A DNA stretch of 64,000 bases from Halorarum halobium (lineage in GTDB: Archaea > Halobacteriota > Halobacteria > Halobacteriales > Haloferacaceae), in the NCBI RefSeq assembly GCF_032116555.1, contig NZ_CP134949.1, forward strand, positions 806,001-870,000, in the 5' to 3' direction. The position numbers and the translations under genes are program-made. Every line of letters starts with the position of its first letter. Within the stretch, counting starts at the first letter, position 1. Under the pieces are notes generated by a model. It saw nothing but the letters and a program-made list of their open reading frames with translations, was not told the origin of the DNA and did not search any database. This document shows, piece after piece, positions 8,812-18,784 of the stretch.

Positions 8812-10868
8812 AGCAACCACCCTCCGTAGATGCCGAAGGCGATGAGAAGGACCGTCAGGCCCAGCGTGACCAGCGCCGCGTAGTTACTGACGACGCCGGT
8901 CTGGATGCGGCGGATCCGCGAGCCCGAAAAGAGGCTCACGGAGGAGACGGCGTTGACCGCGCCGTCGACGACGCCCTGATCGAAGGTGTCCGCGGCCCGC
9001 GAGAGCGGGGCGACGACCCGGGTCGCCAGGAACACCTGGTACTCGTCCTGGTAGTAGTTGTTGTACAGCAGGTCCTGGACGGAGCCGAGCCGTGCGGTGT
9101 GCTCGTCGGGCTCCGGGACCGCGTACAGCGAGTATGCGAGTCCGGCCCCGACCAGCGCGAGCCCGAGCGAGACGACCGCGCCGCCGAGCACCGTGGCGAG
9201 TTTACTGCCGGCGACCGTGCCCGTGGAGTAGCCCGCGAAGTCGTGGACGAGGTCCCCGTAGTAGTGTGCGGTCAGTCCCTCGAAGCCCCCGTCGAGCCAC
9301 GAGTGCAGGAAGTCGATGGGTGCGCCCGTGAGCACCTGGACCGGCACCATGTTGATGAAGCCGGCCGTCGCGGCGAGGACGCCGAGCACGACGAGCGGGG
9401 CCTTCACGTTCCAGCCGACCGCCTCGGGCGACTCGGCCTGTCCGGTCCGGGCGTCGCCGTGGAACGTGAGGAACACCATCCGGAACGTGTAGAACGCGGT
9501 CACCGGGACGGCGAGCAGGCCCATCGCGTAGCCCAGGAACAGCAGCGGCGTGCCGCCCAGGCCATGGGCGAGCGCCTCGTAGAGGATCTCGTCCTTCGAC
9601 CAGAAGCCGGCGAACGGGAAGATGCCCGCGAGCGCCAGCGAGCCGGCGAGGAACGTGTAGTAGGTGACGGGCATCCTGTCCTTCAGCCCGCCCATGTCCC
9701 ACATGTTCTCGTTGTGGTGCATCGCGATGATGACCGAGCCGGCACCGAGGAACAGCAGCGCCTTGAAGAACGCGTGGGTGAGCAGGTGGAACGTCGCCGC
9801 GACGTAGCCGCCCGCGCCCAGCGCGAGCATCATGTAGCCGTACTGTGAGATGGTCGAGTACGCGAGCACCTGCTTCAGTTCGCGCTTCACGATGCCCATC
9901 GACCCGGCGAACAGGGCGGTGAAGCCGCCGACCAGCGTGATGACGCCCAGCGCCGTCGGCGACACCGCGTAGAAGCCGTACATCCGGGCGACGAGGTAGA
10001 CCCCGGCCGCGACCATCGTCGCCGCGTGGATGAGCGCGGACACCGGGGTCGGGCCCTCCATCGCGTCGGGCAGCCAGGTGTGGAGCGGGAACTGGGCGGA
10101 CTTGCCGATCACGCCGCCCAGCACGAGCAGGCCGACGACCGTGAACCACGCCTCGGGACCGAGCCCCAGGAACGTGCTCACGGCTTCGGGCATCGCGGTC
10201 TCCGCATTCAGCGCGGCCGCAGCGAGCGCCGGGAACGAGTTCTCGCCCGCGAACTGCGCGGTGCCGAAGGTGGCGAAGACGGCGACGACGCCGACGAGGA
10301 AGAAGTAGTCCCCGAAGCGCGTCACCAGGAACGCCTTCTTCGCGGCCGAGGGCGGGCCGGCCTCCCGGAAGTGGAAGCCGATGAGCAGGAACGAGCAGAG
10401 CCCGACCAGCTCGAAGAACATGAACGCCATGAGCAGGTTGTCGGCGACGACGAACCCGAGCATGGACGCGGTGAACAGGCCGAGGCCGGCGTAGTAGCGC
10501 GGTAGGCCGGTCTCGCCCTCGTCGTTCATGTAGCCGAGCGAGAACACGTGGACCAGCAGCGCGACGAGCGAGACGATGACGAGCATCAGCGCCGCGAGCG
10601 GGTCGAGCAGCAGGCCGAAGGAGAGTTCGAGGTCGCCCGCGGCGGCCCACGTGTACAGCGTCTCGTCGTAGGCGTTCCCGCCGCCCACGGTCAGTGCGAC
10701 CCACGCCGAGAGCAGCAGTGATCCGGCGGTCGCGGCGATGCCGGCGAACGCGCCGCCCTTCGGGAGGACGTCCGAGTCCTCGCCGGAGAGCGCGCCGCCG
10801 AGCGAGATGAGGAACGACAGGAACGGCAGCAGGACGATGGCCGGCGCGTAGTCGAATGCTCCCGCCAT
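8808..10868 (-). CDS. nuoL: Complex I subunit L
   Basis: GKSAQFPLHTWLPDAMEGPTPVSALIHAATMV; LAYSTISQ. Confidence 0.95.
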   Translation of the reverse strand: MAGAFDYAPAIVLLPFLSFLISLGGALSGEDSDVLPKGGAFAGIAATAGSLLLSAWVALTVGGGNAYDETLYTWAAAGDLELSFGLLLDPLAALMLVIVSLVALLVHVFSLGYMNDEGETGLPRYYAGLGLFTASMLGFVVADNLLMAFMFFELVGLCSFLLIGFHFREAGPPSAAKKAFLVTRFGDYFFLVGVVAVFATFGTAQFAGENSFPALAAAALNAETAMPEAVSTFLGLGPEAWFTVVGLLVLGGVIGKSAQFPLHTWLPDAMEGPTPVSALIHAATMVAAGVYLVARMYGFYAVSPTALGVITLVGGFTALFAGSMGIVKRELKQVLAYSTISQYGYMMLALGAGGYVAATFHLLTHAFFKALLFLGAGSVIIAMHHNENMWDMGGLKDRMPVTYYTFLAGSLALAGIFPFAGFWSKDEILYEALAHGLGGTPLLFLGYAMGLLAVPVTAFYTFRMVFLTFHGDARTGQAESPEAVGWNVKAPLVVLGVLAATAGFINMVPVQVLTGAPIDFLHSWLDGGFEGLTAHYYGDLVHDFAGYSTGTVAGSKLATVLGGAVVSLGLALVGAGLAYSLYAVPEPDEHTARLGSVQDLLYNNYYQDEYQVFLATRVVAPLSRAADTFDQGVVDGAVNAVSSVSLFSGSRIRRIQTGVVSNYAALVTLGLTVLLIAFGIYGGWLL

Positions 10869-10869
10869 C

Positions 10870-11172
10870 TCACCACCTCATGGTCGTCGCGTCGGTGACG
10901 TCGACGCCCTCGAAGTTCCGGTACAGCACCAGGATGATACCGAGCCCGACCGCGACTTCCGCCGCGGCGAGCGCCATCGTGAACAGCCCGAACGTCTGGC
11001 CCGTGACGTTCCCCCAGTACTGGGAGAACGCGACGAGGTTGATGTTCGCGGCGTTGAGCATGAGTTCCACGGACATGAGGAACAGGAGCGCGTTCCGTCG
11101 GGTGAGCAGGCCGAACACGCCGATACAGAAGACGGCGGCGGCCAGCAGCAGGTAGTACTGCGGGGGGACCAT
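10870..11172 (-). CDS. nuoK: Complex I subunit K
   Basis: RRNALLFLMSVELMLNAAN; AAAEVAVGL. Confidence 0.93.
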   Translation of the reverse strand: MVPPQYYLLLAAAVFCIGVFGLLTRRNALLFLMSVELMLNAANINLVAFSQYWGNVTGQTFGLFTMALAAAEVAVGLGIILVLYRNFEGVDVTDATTMRW

Positions 11173-11543
11173 CAGTCGCTCCCCCCGTCGGTGCGTTCGC
11201 TCGAATCACGGGACAGCGCGGTCTCGAGGACGCCCTCGTCGCCGCGCTTGGCGAGGAAGATGGCGCCGTCGATGGCGATGTCTAGCACGACGGCGATGAC
11301 GAGGAACGCCACGAGGAACCCCTCGGCGGGGACGGGACCGCCGGTGATGTTGAACATCGCGTAGCCGATGCTCGCGGTGATCGACGCGCCCTCGGGGAAG
11401 CCGGCCGCCTCCTCGAGCGGGAACGACGAGGTGAGGAACACGAGCGCCATCACCACGAACAGCGCCACCGCCGCGAGGCCCGGTACGAGATGCGACCCGA
11501 GTTTCAGTTCGGGTTTCGACCCGCGTGCACCGTCCTGGCTCAC
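11172..11543 (-). CDS. nuoJ2: Complex I subunit J, C-terminal part (J2)
   Basis: Hydrophobic ORF between J1 and K (IGYAMF...FLVIAVVLDIAIDGAIFLAKR); GTG start overlaps the J1 stop. Confidence 0.8.
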   Translation of the reverse strand: MSQDGARGSKPELKLGSHLVPGLAAVALFVVMALVFLTSSFPLEEAAGFPEGASITASIGYAMFNITGGPVPAEGFLVAFLVIAVVLDIAIDGAIFLAKRGDEGVLETALSRDSSERTDGGSD

Positions 11544-11818
11544 GTGCGCGTCACCTCGGGTTCGGTCCCGGCTTCGTCGGTCCGCACGAGCATCACGGCG
11601 AACGTGATGAGCACGAGCACCCCGCCCACGTAGACGAGTATCTGCATGGCGGCGAGGAACTCCGCCTGCAGCATCACGTAGTGGACCGCGACGCTCAACA
11701 GGGCGACTCCCAGCAGGAGTGCGGAGTGCCACACGTCCCTGACCAGGACGACGCCCAGGCTGGCGCCCACCGTGACGAGGGCGAACAGCGCGAACGCGAT
11801 AGTCTCTGCTACAACCAT
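11540..11818 (-). CDS. nuoJ1: Complex I subunit J, N-terminal part (J1)
   Basis: HSALLL...AEFLAAMQILVYVGGVLVLITFAVML. Confidence 0.88.
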   Translation of the reverse strand: MVVAETIAFALFALVTVGASLGVVLVRDVWHSALLLGVALLSVAVHYVMLQAEFLAAMQILVYVGGVLVLITFAVMLVRTDEAGTEPEVTRT

Positions 11819-12029
11819 TACGCGACACTCCCGTCGGAGGGCGTTTGAAGGTTTCGAGAACGTTCCGCGCGTATGCGTGTGTGCGTGGCGATTACCGGTG
11901 GTGAGTTCCGGAGGGTTTTCCTCTCCGGTAGGCGTCTGTTACCGTTGGATTCCGTGTTGGAATTCAGTCGGTTGCGCGCGATTCTTTTGCCTGGAAATGG
12001 CGCGTGCGGGAGTCTTTGCCTCATATAGG

Positions 12030-12180
12030 CAGATTACTGCTGCTTGACCTAGGAGAGCCTCGCCCTCCCCAGCCGCTTGCGATGCTCGCTCGCAGGCTCG
12101 CTACGCTTCTCACCCCTCGCGCGCGAGTGCTCGCGCCACAGGGGCGCTCGCGTCACGCGCGCCGACCGCCAGCACGCGCT
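12030..12180 (-). repeat. Dispersed palindromic repeat, copy B (between nuoI and nuoJ1)
   Basis: Reverse complement of the copy A core (ccctccccagccg...gctcgctcgcaggctcgct...ccctcgcgcgcgagtgctcgc...gtcacgcgcgcc). Confidence 0.85.
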
Positions 12181-12467
12181 CGACCGCACCCCTGCTGCCA
12201 ACGTACCCGCCGGCCAGCCGGACGAAAGTCAGGCCGGACTACCCACGGCGTGTACCTGCGGTAGTCGGGCCCGCGACGCTCGACCGACTTCCCGGCGGGT
12301 GGGAATGGAAGGGACCGCGGGGGCTTCCGAGGCGGTCCGAACGGGACGAGTGACCGAGTCGAGGGGTCAAACGTAGACGGGAGCTTTCGCGGCCATCACT
12401 ACGGTAGTAGGGACTCAGCACCACACCATACCGAAAACTGCTCCAGAAAAACGCCGGAATCAGAAAA

Positions 12468-12929
12468 CTACTGGTAGTCCAGTTCGCCCTCGCCCTCGCC
12501 GATCCAGGCGCCGCGATCCGGCTCGCGAGACGCGAGCGGGTCGATGCCCTTGTACCAGGGCACGTTCTTCAGTTCCTCCTTGTTGTACACGAAGTCGTCC
12601 TTCGTGTCCGCGGTGAACTCGAAGTTCTGCGTGAGCAGGATGGCGTCCACCGGGCAGACCTCCTCACACAGTCGGCAGTAGATGCACTGCCCGATGTGGA
12701 GGTTGTACTGCTCGCCGTTCCGCTGTTCGTCCATCACGATCTGGATCGTGTCGTTCGGACAGACGTTCTCACACTGGCGACACCAGATGCACCGCTCCTG
12801 TGAGAACTTGTGGACCCCGCGGAACCGGGGGCTGACTTCGGGCGCGACGTCCGGGTACTCCACCGTGAACGTCGTGCCGTCCAGTGCGTGCTTCATCGTG
12901 GTCGCCATGCCTTTGAGGATTCCAATCAT
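12468..12929 (-). CDS. nuoI: Complex I subunit I (2x[4Fe-4S])
   Basis: CIWCRQCENVCP and CIYCRLCEEVCP. Confidence 0.95.
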   Translation of the reverse strand: MIGILKGMATTMKHALDGTTFTVEYPDVAPEVSPRFRGVHKFSQERCIWCRQCENVCPNDTIQIVMDEQRNGEQYNLHIGQCIYCRLCEEVCPVDAILLTQNFEFTADTKDDFVYNKEELKNVPWYKGIDPLASREPDRGAWIGEGEGELDYQ

Positions 12930-12931
12930 GA

Positions 12932-13996
12932 TTACGCGAGCACCCCCACGAGCACCGCGGTGAGGACGAGGTTAGCGAAGGACAGCACGAGCATGCCCTT
13001 CCAGCCGATCTCGATGAACTGGTCGACGCGGAGCCGCGGGATCGCCGAGCGCGCCCACTGGGTGAACAGGTAGAACGCCCAGATCTTCGCGGTGAACCAG
13101 ACGATCCCCAGCGCCGCCGGGCCGGGCCCGGCCGGGCCGCCGAGGAACAGCGTCGCCGCGAGCGCGCCACCCAGGAAGATGTGGATGAACTCGCCCAGAT
13201 AGATCAGCACGAAGTACACCGAACTGTACTCCGTCTGGTAGCCGGCGACGATCTCGGTCGGCGCCTCGGGGACGTCGAACGGGTTGCGCCCGACCTCCGC
13301 GAGGTTCGCTGCGATGAACAGCGCGAACGCGAACGGGTTCACGAACGCGAACCACATCGGGATCGAGACTCCGGCGATCGTGACGAACGGCTCGGCCTGC
13401 TGGGCGACGATCTGGCTCGTCTGGAGCGTCCCCGTGAACAGCACGACCGAGAGCGCCGTGATGACGAGCGGGATCTCGTAGGCGATGTTCGAGGCAACCG
13501 CGCGCAGCCCCCCAAGCAGCGAGTACTTGTTGTTCGACGCGTACCCCATCATCATCAGCCCGAGCGACGCGATCGAGGAGGCGGCGAACGCGAACGCGAG
13601 CCCCGTCTCGGGGTCCGCGAGCTGGATGCCGCTCCCCATCGGGATGACCGCGAAGCCGAGCAGCGCCGAGAAGGGGATGAGTATCGGTCCGAGGTCGTAG
13701 GCCGGCCGGTCAGCCCCGTCGGGGATGATGAGCTCCTTCGAGAGCAGGCGGACCGCGTCGGCGACGATGATGAACAGCCCGAACGGGCCGATACGGTTCA
13801 CCGCGATGCGGTCCGTGAACGCCGCCGTGATCTTCCGTTTCGCCCACGGGCCGGCGACGGCCGTGTTGATGAGCAGGAAGTTGGCGACGAGGAACGCGCC
13901 GACGAGCGCGCCCACGATGTCCGCCGCCAGCCCGCCGAACGGGAGCAGTCCGGCGATGGTGTCGGGCAGCATCTGCTGGAGCACGACCCCCGCCAT
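12932..13996 (-). CDS. nuoH: Complex I subunit H
   Basis: SNNKYSLLGGLRA, EVGRNPFDVPEAPTEIVAGYQTEYS, PRLRVDQ; ATG at 13996 preceded by GGAGGTG. Confidence 0.93.
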   Translation of the reverse strand: MAGVVLQQMLPDTIAGLLPFGGLAADIVGALVGAFLVANFLLINTAVAGPWAKRKITAAFTDRIAVNRIGPFGLFIIVADAVRLLSKELIIPDGADRPAYDLGPILIPFSALLGFAVIPMGSGIQLADPETGLAFAFAASSIASLGLMMMGYASNNKYSLLGGLRAVASNIAYEIPLVITALSVVLFTGTLQTSQIVAQQAEPFVTIAGVSIPMWFAFVNPFAFALFIAANLAEVGRNPFDVPEAPTEIVAGYQTEYSSVYFVLIYLGEFIHIFLGGALAATLFLGGPAGPGPAALGIVWFTAKIWAFYLFTQWARSAIPRLRVDQFIEIGWKGMLVLSFANLVLTAVLVGVLA

Positions 13997-14010
13997 CAGC
14001 GGTCCACCTC

Positions 14011-14055
14011 CGCGAAAGCCCTCGCGGCCGCTCCGCGGCCGCTCGCCCTTTTCAT
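14011..14055 (-). repeat. Mini copy G of the repeat terminal module
   Basis: Minus strand TGAAAAGGGC-GAGCGGCCGCGGAGCGGCCGCGA-GGGCTTTCG resembles TGAAAGGGGCC...GGGGCTTTCG. Confidence 0.55.
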
Positions 14056-14099
14056 GTCCACCAGGGCGTGGCCAGTGATGGCATCGAAGGTCCGGATCG

Positions 14100-15779
14100 T
14101 CATCGATCCACCTCACCGAGCACGATGTCGAGGCTCCCGAGCGCGGCCACGAGGTCGGGCACGTACTCGCCCTCGGCCATCTCCGGGAGCGTCTGGAGGT
14201 TCGAGAAACACGGCGAGCGGATCTTGAACCGCGCCGGCTTGTCCGTGCCGTCCGACCGGATGTAGATGCCGAGTTCGCCCTTCGCGCCCTCGACCGCGCG
14301 GTACACCTCGGTGTCGTCCGCCGGCTTCAGCGTCCGGGGAACGTTCGCCTGGATCTCCCGATCCTCCTCGGGCCAGTCCTCGAGGAGGTCGATACACTGT
14401 TCGATGATCTTCGCGGACTCCTCGACCTCGCGCATGCGCACGAGGAGGCGGCTGTAGTTGTCACAGCCGTCCTCGGTGACGACGTCCCAGTCGAGTTCGT
14501 CGTAGTAGCCGTACGGGTCGTCCCGCCGGAGGTCGTAGTCGATGCCGGAGCCGCGGGCGACCGGCCCGGTCGCACCGTAGCTCTTGGCGACCTCGGGCGG
14601 CAGCACGCCCGTGCCGACGGTCCGCATCTGCAGCACCTCGTTCGAGGAGATGAGGTCGTGGTACTCCTCGAGCGCCTGGGGGAGCTCCTCCAGGAAGTCG
14701 CGGGTCTTCTCGAAGAACTCCTCGCGGGGCTCGGGCAGGTCCCAGACGACCCCGCCGAGCCGGAAGTAGTTGAACATGAGCCGCTGGCCGGTCAGGTCCT
14801 CCAAGATGTTCTGGGCCTTCTCGCGGTCCCGGATCGCGTACATGAAGATGGCGGTGAAGTCGCCGTACACGTCCAGCGCGAACGTCCCCACGGCGAGCAT
14901 GTGTGCGGCGATGCGGCACAGCTCCGCGCCCATCGTCCGGATCACCTGCGCGTACTCGGGCACCTCGATGTCGGCGAGATCCTCGGCGACCCGCGCGTAC
15001 GCCCACTCGTTCAACAGCCCCGCCGAGATGTAGTCCCAGCGGTCGGGGTAGGGCATGATCTGGTGGCGGTAGGTGCCGTTCTGGCACATCTGCTCCTCAC
15101 AGCGGTGGAGGTAGCCGATGTCCGATTTCACGTCGGCGACCTGCTCGCCGTCGAGCGTCGTCTCCAGGTGGAGCACGCCGTGGGTCGCGGGGTGGTGGGG
15201 ACCGATGTTGAGGAACATCGTGTCCGCGTCCGTTCCCCCTTCCTCGCGCGTGTCCTCCTGCAGCGGGTTCGCGTGTTCGCGCAACGGGACGACCTGCGGT
15301 CGGTTCTGGTCGTACGACTGCGAGAGCGGGTGTCCCTGCCAGGTTTCGGGGAGCAGGATGCGGCGGAGGTCGGGGTGGTCGTCGTACTCGATGCCGACGA
15401 GGTCGTACGCCTCCCGCTCGTGCCAGTCCGCGGTGCGGAACACCGCCTCGCCCGACTCGGAAACCGGGTTTTCGCGATCCGTGGGGACGACGACGCTGAC
15501 CTCCTGGGTCGGGTCGTCGTACTTCCTCAGGTGGTAGATCGACTCGAACCGGTCCTCGTACTCCTGGGCGGTCACACACGAGAGGTGGTCGAAACCGGCC
15601 TCCGTGCGGAGCGTCGAGAGCACGTCCTGCACCTCGTCGGGCCGCACGACGTAGCCCGGCGCGTTCAGATGCTCCTCGCGTCCGATGACGTGCTCACCCA
15701 GCAGGGCCGCGAGTTCGTCCGGCGTCTGTTCCGCGAGCGCCCCGTCGGCCGCACGCGGATCGGGTTCTTCGAGGCTCAT
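14100..15779 (-). CDS. nuoCD: Fused complex I subunit C/D
   Basis: WHEREAYDLVGI (C part); NIGPHHPATHGVL, GYLHRC, GEVDR (D part). Confidence 0.95.
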   Translation of the reverse strand: MSLEEPDPRAADGALAEQTPDELAALLGEHVIGREEHLNAPGYVVRPDEVQDVLSTLRTEAGFDHLSCVTAQEYEDRFESIYHLRKYDDPTQEVSVVVPTDRENPVSESGEAVFRTADWHEREAYDLVGIEYDDHPDLRRILLPETWQGHPLSQSYDQNRPQVVPLREHANPLQEDTREEGGTDADTMFLNIGPHHPATHGVLHLETTLDGEQVADVKSDIGYLHRCEEQMCQNGTYRHQIMPYPDRWDYISAGLLNEWAYARVAEDLADIEVPEYAQVIRTMGAELCRIAAHMLAVGTFALDVYGDFTAIFMYAIRDREKAQNILEDLTGQRLMFNYFRLGGVVWDLPEPREEFFEKTRDFLEELPQALEEYHDLISSNEVLQMRTVGTGVLPPEVAKSYGATGPVARGSGIDYDLRRDDPYGYYDELDWDVVTEDGCDNYSRLLVRMREVEESAKIIEQCIDLLEDWPEEDREIQANVPRTLKPADDTEVYRAVEGAKGELGIYIRSDGTDKPARFKIRSPCFSNLQTLPEMAEGEYVPDLVAALGSLDIVLGEVDR

Positions 15780-16480
15780 TAGGGTGAATCAGCCCAGTTG
15801 TACCGCATGACGAGGTCCTCCTCGTCGATGTCGTCGGCGAGCTGGTCGATGATCTCGTCCCGGTCGAGGTCGCCGAACTGTTCGAGCTCGTACGGCTTGA
15901 CCGTCACCGGCGAGGACTCGCCGTTGGCGATGCGCTCCTGCAGCTTCACGACCCCGTAGACGAGCGCCTCGGGACGGGGCGGGCAGCCGGGGACGTGGAT
16001 GTCCACCGGGATGACCTCCTCGGCGCCCTTGATGACGTTGTACCCCTCCTGGAACGGGCCGCCGGAGATGGTACACGAGCCCATGCCGACGACGAACTTC
16101 GGCTCGGGCATCTGGTCGTACACGCGCTTCATCCGCGGGGCGAACTTCGAGACGATGGTGCCCGGCACGATGATGACGTCCGCCTGGCGCGGCGAGGCGC
16201 GCGGCACGCCCGAGCCGAAGCGGTCGAGGTCGTGTTTCACCCCGTAGGTGTGCATCATCTCGATGCTGCAGCAGGCGATGCCGAACTGCAGCATGAACAT
16301 CGACGAGCCCCGGACCCAGTTCATGAACTTGTCGAACTTGGTGAGGATGAACGGGGAGGAGCCGAACGCCTCCCGGAGCTTCGAGTTGAAGCGGTCGTCC
16401 TGCCCGGCCATCCGCGCGTCGCGGGTCTCTGTCAGTACCTCGGAGTCGTCCGTGATGAACGGTCTGTTGTCGCTACTCAT
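15779..16480 (-). CDS. nuoB: Complex I subunit B
   Basis: FGIACCSIEMM, RASPRQAD, GSC, PGCPPRPE. Confidence 0.95.
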   Translation of the reverse strand: MSSDNRPFITDDSEVLTETRDARMAGQDDRFNSKLREAFGSSPFILTKFDKFMNWVRGSSMFMLQFGIACCSIEMMHTYGVKHDLDRFGSGVPRASPRQADVIIVPGTIVSKFAPRMKRVYDQMPEPKFVVGMGSCTISGGPFQEGYNVIKGAEEVIPVDIHVPGCPPRPEALVYGVVKLQERIANGESSPVTVKPYELEQFGDLDRDEIIDQLADDIDEEDLVMRYNWADSP

Positions 16481-16893
16481 GATTGACGCTCCGTCTTCCG
16501 TCGGGCCGCCCGCGGGCTCTGTGCCCAGCTGACTGCCCCCTGCCGCCACGCCCACACGAGCCCGACGACCAGCACCGCGATGAACACCAGCATGGGGAGG
16601 AGCACGTCCGCCAGCGGGACGCCCGCCTCCAGCGCGGAGCCGTAGATGACCGCCCACGGGAACACGAGGACGGTCTCGATGTCGAAGACGACGAACAGCA
16701 ACGCGACCATGTAGTACTGGATGTTGAACTGGATGCCGATCGCCGACTCGGTGGGAATCTCGCCGGACTCGTACGTGGCGCTTTTCCCCTGTTCCGGCAC
16801 GGTCGGGCGAAGGATCGCGGACGCGGCCATCATCCCGAGAGGGATGCCCACGCCCATCAACGCCAACGCGCCGATAGCTATCCATGGATTCAT
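16477..16893 (-). CDS. nuoA: Complex I subunit A
   Basis: KSATYESG, YYMVALLFVVFDIETV. Confidence 0.93.
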   Translation of the reverse strand: MNPWIAIGALALMGVGIPLGMMAASAILRPTVPEQGKSATYESGEIPTESAIGIQFNIQYYMVALLFVVFDIETVLVFPWAVIYGSALEAGVPLADVLLPMLVFIAVLVVGLVWAWRQGAVSWAQSPRAARRKTERQS

Positions 16894-17006
16894 TCCGGGT
16901 TCTCCTATCGTTCGTGGCTAGTCGGGGGGCGCTAATAAGCGTTGATAAGCGCCGCCCGCGGGTGGACGGACGCCCGGCCGAAGCGCACGAACCGCCAACC
17001 GACTCG

Positions 17007-18022
17007 TCAGGGCGTCACGACGGCCCGGAACCGGACGTCGCCGTCGGTCATGCGGCGGTAGGCCGCCCCGACGTCCGGAAGGTCGAACGTCTCGACCGCC
17101 GGCACGACGCCGCGGCGGACGCCGAACGCGAGCGTGTCCTCGGCGTCCCGTGGGGCGCCGGACGGCCACCCCGAGACGCCCGCGCGGTTCGTGGCGAGGT
17201 GCCCCACCGCGACCGAAACCGGCTCCTCGGGAACGCCGACGGCGACGACCTCGCCGTCGGTTCCCAGCCCCTCCACGACCTCGGCCACCGGCTCCCCGGC
17301 CGGCGCGGTCGTCAGGACGAGGTCCGCACCGCCGAGGTCCCGCAGCGCAGCGGCGGGGTCCTCCGCCTCGCTGTCGACGAAGTGGTCCGCGCCGCGCTCC
17401 AGCGCCGCCGACCGCTTGTCGGTCCCGCGGGAGACGGCGACCGTCTCGAAGCCGGCCTCGTGGGCGTAGCTGATCCCGAGGTGACCGAGGCCGCCGACGC
17501 CGACCACCGCGACCAGGTCCCCGACGCGAGCGTCGCCGTTCCGGAGGGCGTTGAACGACGTGAGCCCGGCACAGAGCAGCGGCGCCGCCTCGACGCTGGA
17601 GAGGTCAGCCGGAACCGCGACCAGCGCCTCCGCCCGGGCCAGCGTGTACTCGGCGTACCGCCGTCACGGTGGAGTCCGGTGATCGGCTTGTCCGCACAGC
17701 GGACGAAGTCGCCGCGTCGGCACGCCTCGCAGGTGAAACAGTGCCCGCCGTGCCAGCCGACGCCCACGCGCTCGCCCGCGGTCCACGCCGACACCCCCTC
17801 ACCCACGGCGTCGACCGTCCCCACGATCTCGTGGCCGGGCACGCGCGGGTACTCGACCGCGGGGTTCCCGTCGAGCACCGCGTCGTCCCCGCGGCACATG
17901 CCACAGGCCTCGACCGCGATCCGGACCTCCTCCGGTCCTGGCTCGGGCACCGGACGCTCGACGAGCTCGAACGAGCCGCCGGGTTCGGACACCGCCGCCG
18001 CACGCATCGTCTCCTCGGGCAT
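17007..18022 (-). pseudogene. Zinc-dependent alcohol dehydrogenase, frameshifted near 17658
   Basis: The 5' frame has ACGMCRGD, PGHEIVG and CFTCEACRRG; the 3' frame has GVGGLGHL and RFRAVV. The junction GAC GGC GG TAC GCC GAG TAC lacks one base of DGGYAEY. Confidence 0.8.
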
Positions 18023-18169
18023 ACGTCGAGCCGCTGGCTCGCGTGACTTAGCGGTTCCCTGAATCCGGCTTGTGTACCGGGACTGGCAGTTTCCGTGACG
18101 GTCCCGAAGTCGGCGACGACCGACTGACCGCCTAGTGGACGATTGGCCGCCTGAGGGGGGAATGCTCTG

Positions 18170-18784
18170 CTACCGCCGCCGCTCCCTGAAGCCGTCGACG
18201 CCAAGGTCGTGCAGTTCGCGCGACGTTTCGGCGACGTCCCCGACCAGGGAATCGTGGTACGCGAGCAGTTCCTCGCGTAGTTCCTCGTGTTCGCGCGCGA
18301 GAATCTGTGCCGCCGACAGGCCCGCGTTGAACGACTTGCCGGCGTCGACGGCGACGATGGGCGCGCCGGTCGGCATCCCGATGACCGAGTCGACGGACTT
18401 CTCCTGAACTGGAACTCCCACCACGGGAATCGGGTACGCGATGCTCGCGGTCATGTTCGGCAGGTCCGCGGACTTGCCGCCCGCGCCCGCGACGATGACG
18501 TCGAGCCCCCGGGGGGCCGCCGTCTCGCCGTAGGCGTACATCAGTTCGGGGGTCCGATGGGCCGAGACGACGTACGTCTCGTAGGTGAAGCGCGCGGCGG
18601 GCGCGTCGTGGAAGTCGGTCTGCTCGGCGAAGCCGAGTTCGGAGAGCGCGTCGAACGCCCCCTGCATGACGTCGAGGTCCGAGTCCGACCCCATGATGAT
18701 CCCCACGTCGGGGGTGGCCGCGGGGTCGGCGTCGCTCCCAGCCTCCGATTCGAGCCGGTCGATGAGGTCCTGGACGGTCGTCAT
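18170..18784 (-). CDS. purE: N5-CAIR mutase
   Basis: IIMGSDSD, VVSAHRTP, AGAGG..ADLPNM, GMPTG. Confidence 0.93.
   Translation of the reverse strand: MTTVQDLIDRLESEAGSDADPAATPDVGIIMGSDSDLDVMQGAFDALSELGFAEQTDFHDAPAARFTYETYVVSAHRTPELMYAYGETAAPRGLDVIVAGAGGKSADLPNMTASIAYPIPVVGVPVQEKSVDSVIGMPTGAPIVAVDAGKSFNAGLSAAQILAREHEELREELLAYHDSLVGDVAETSRELHDLGVDGFRERRR

Noticed and set aside
5782..16893. Missing nuoEFG, fused nuoCD and split nuoJ as novelties
   Set aside because: This is the established architecture of haloarchaeal complex I-like operons.
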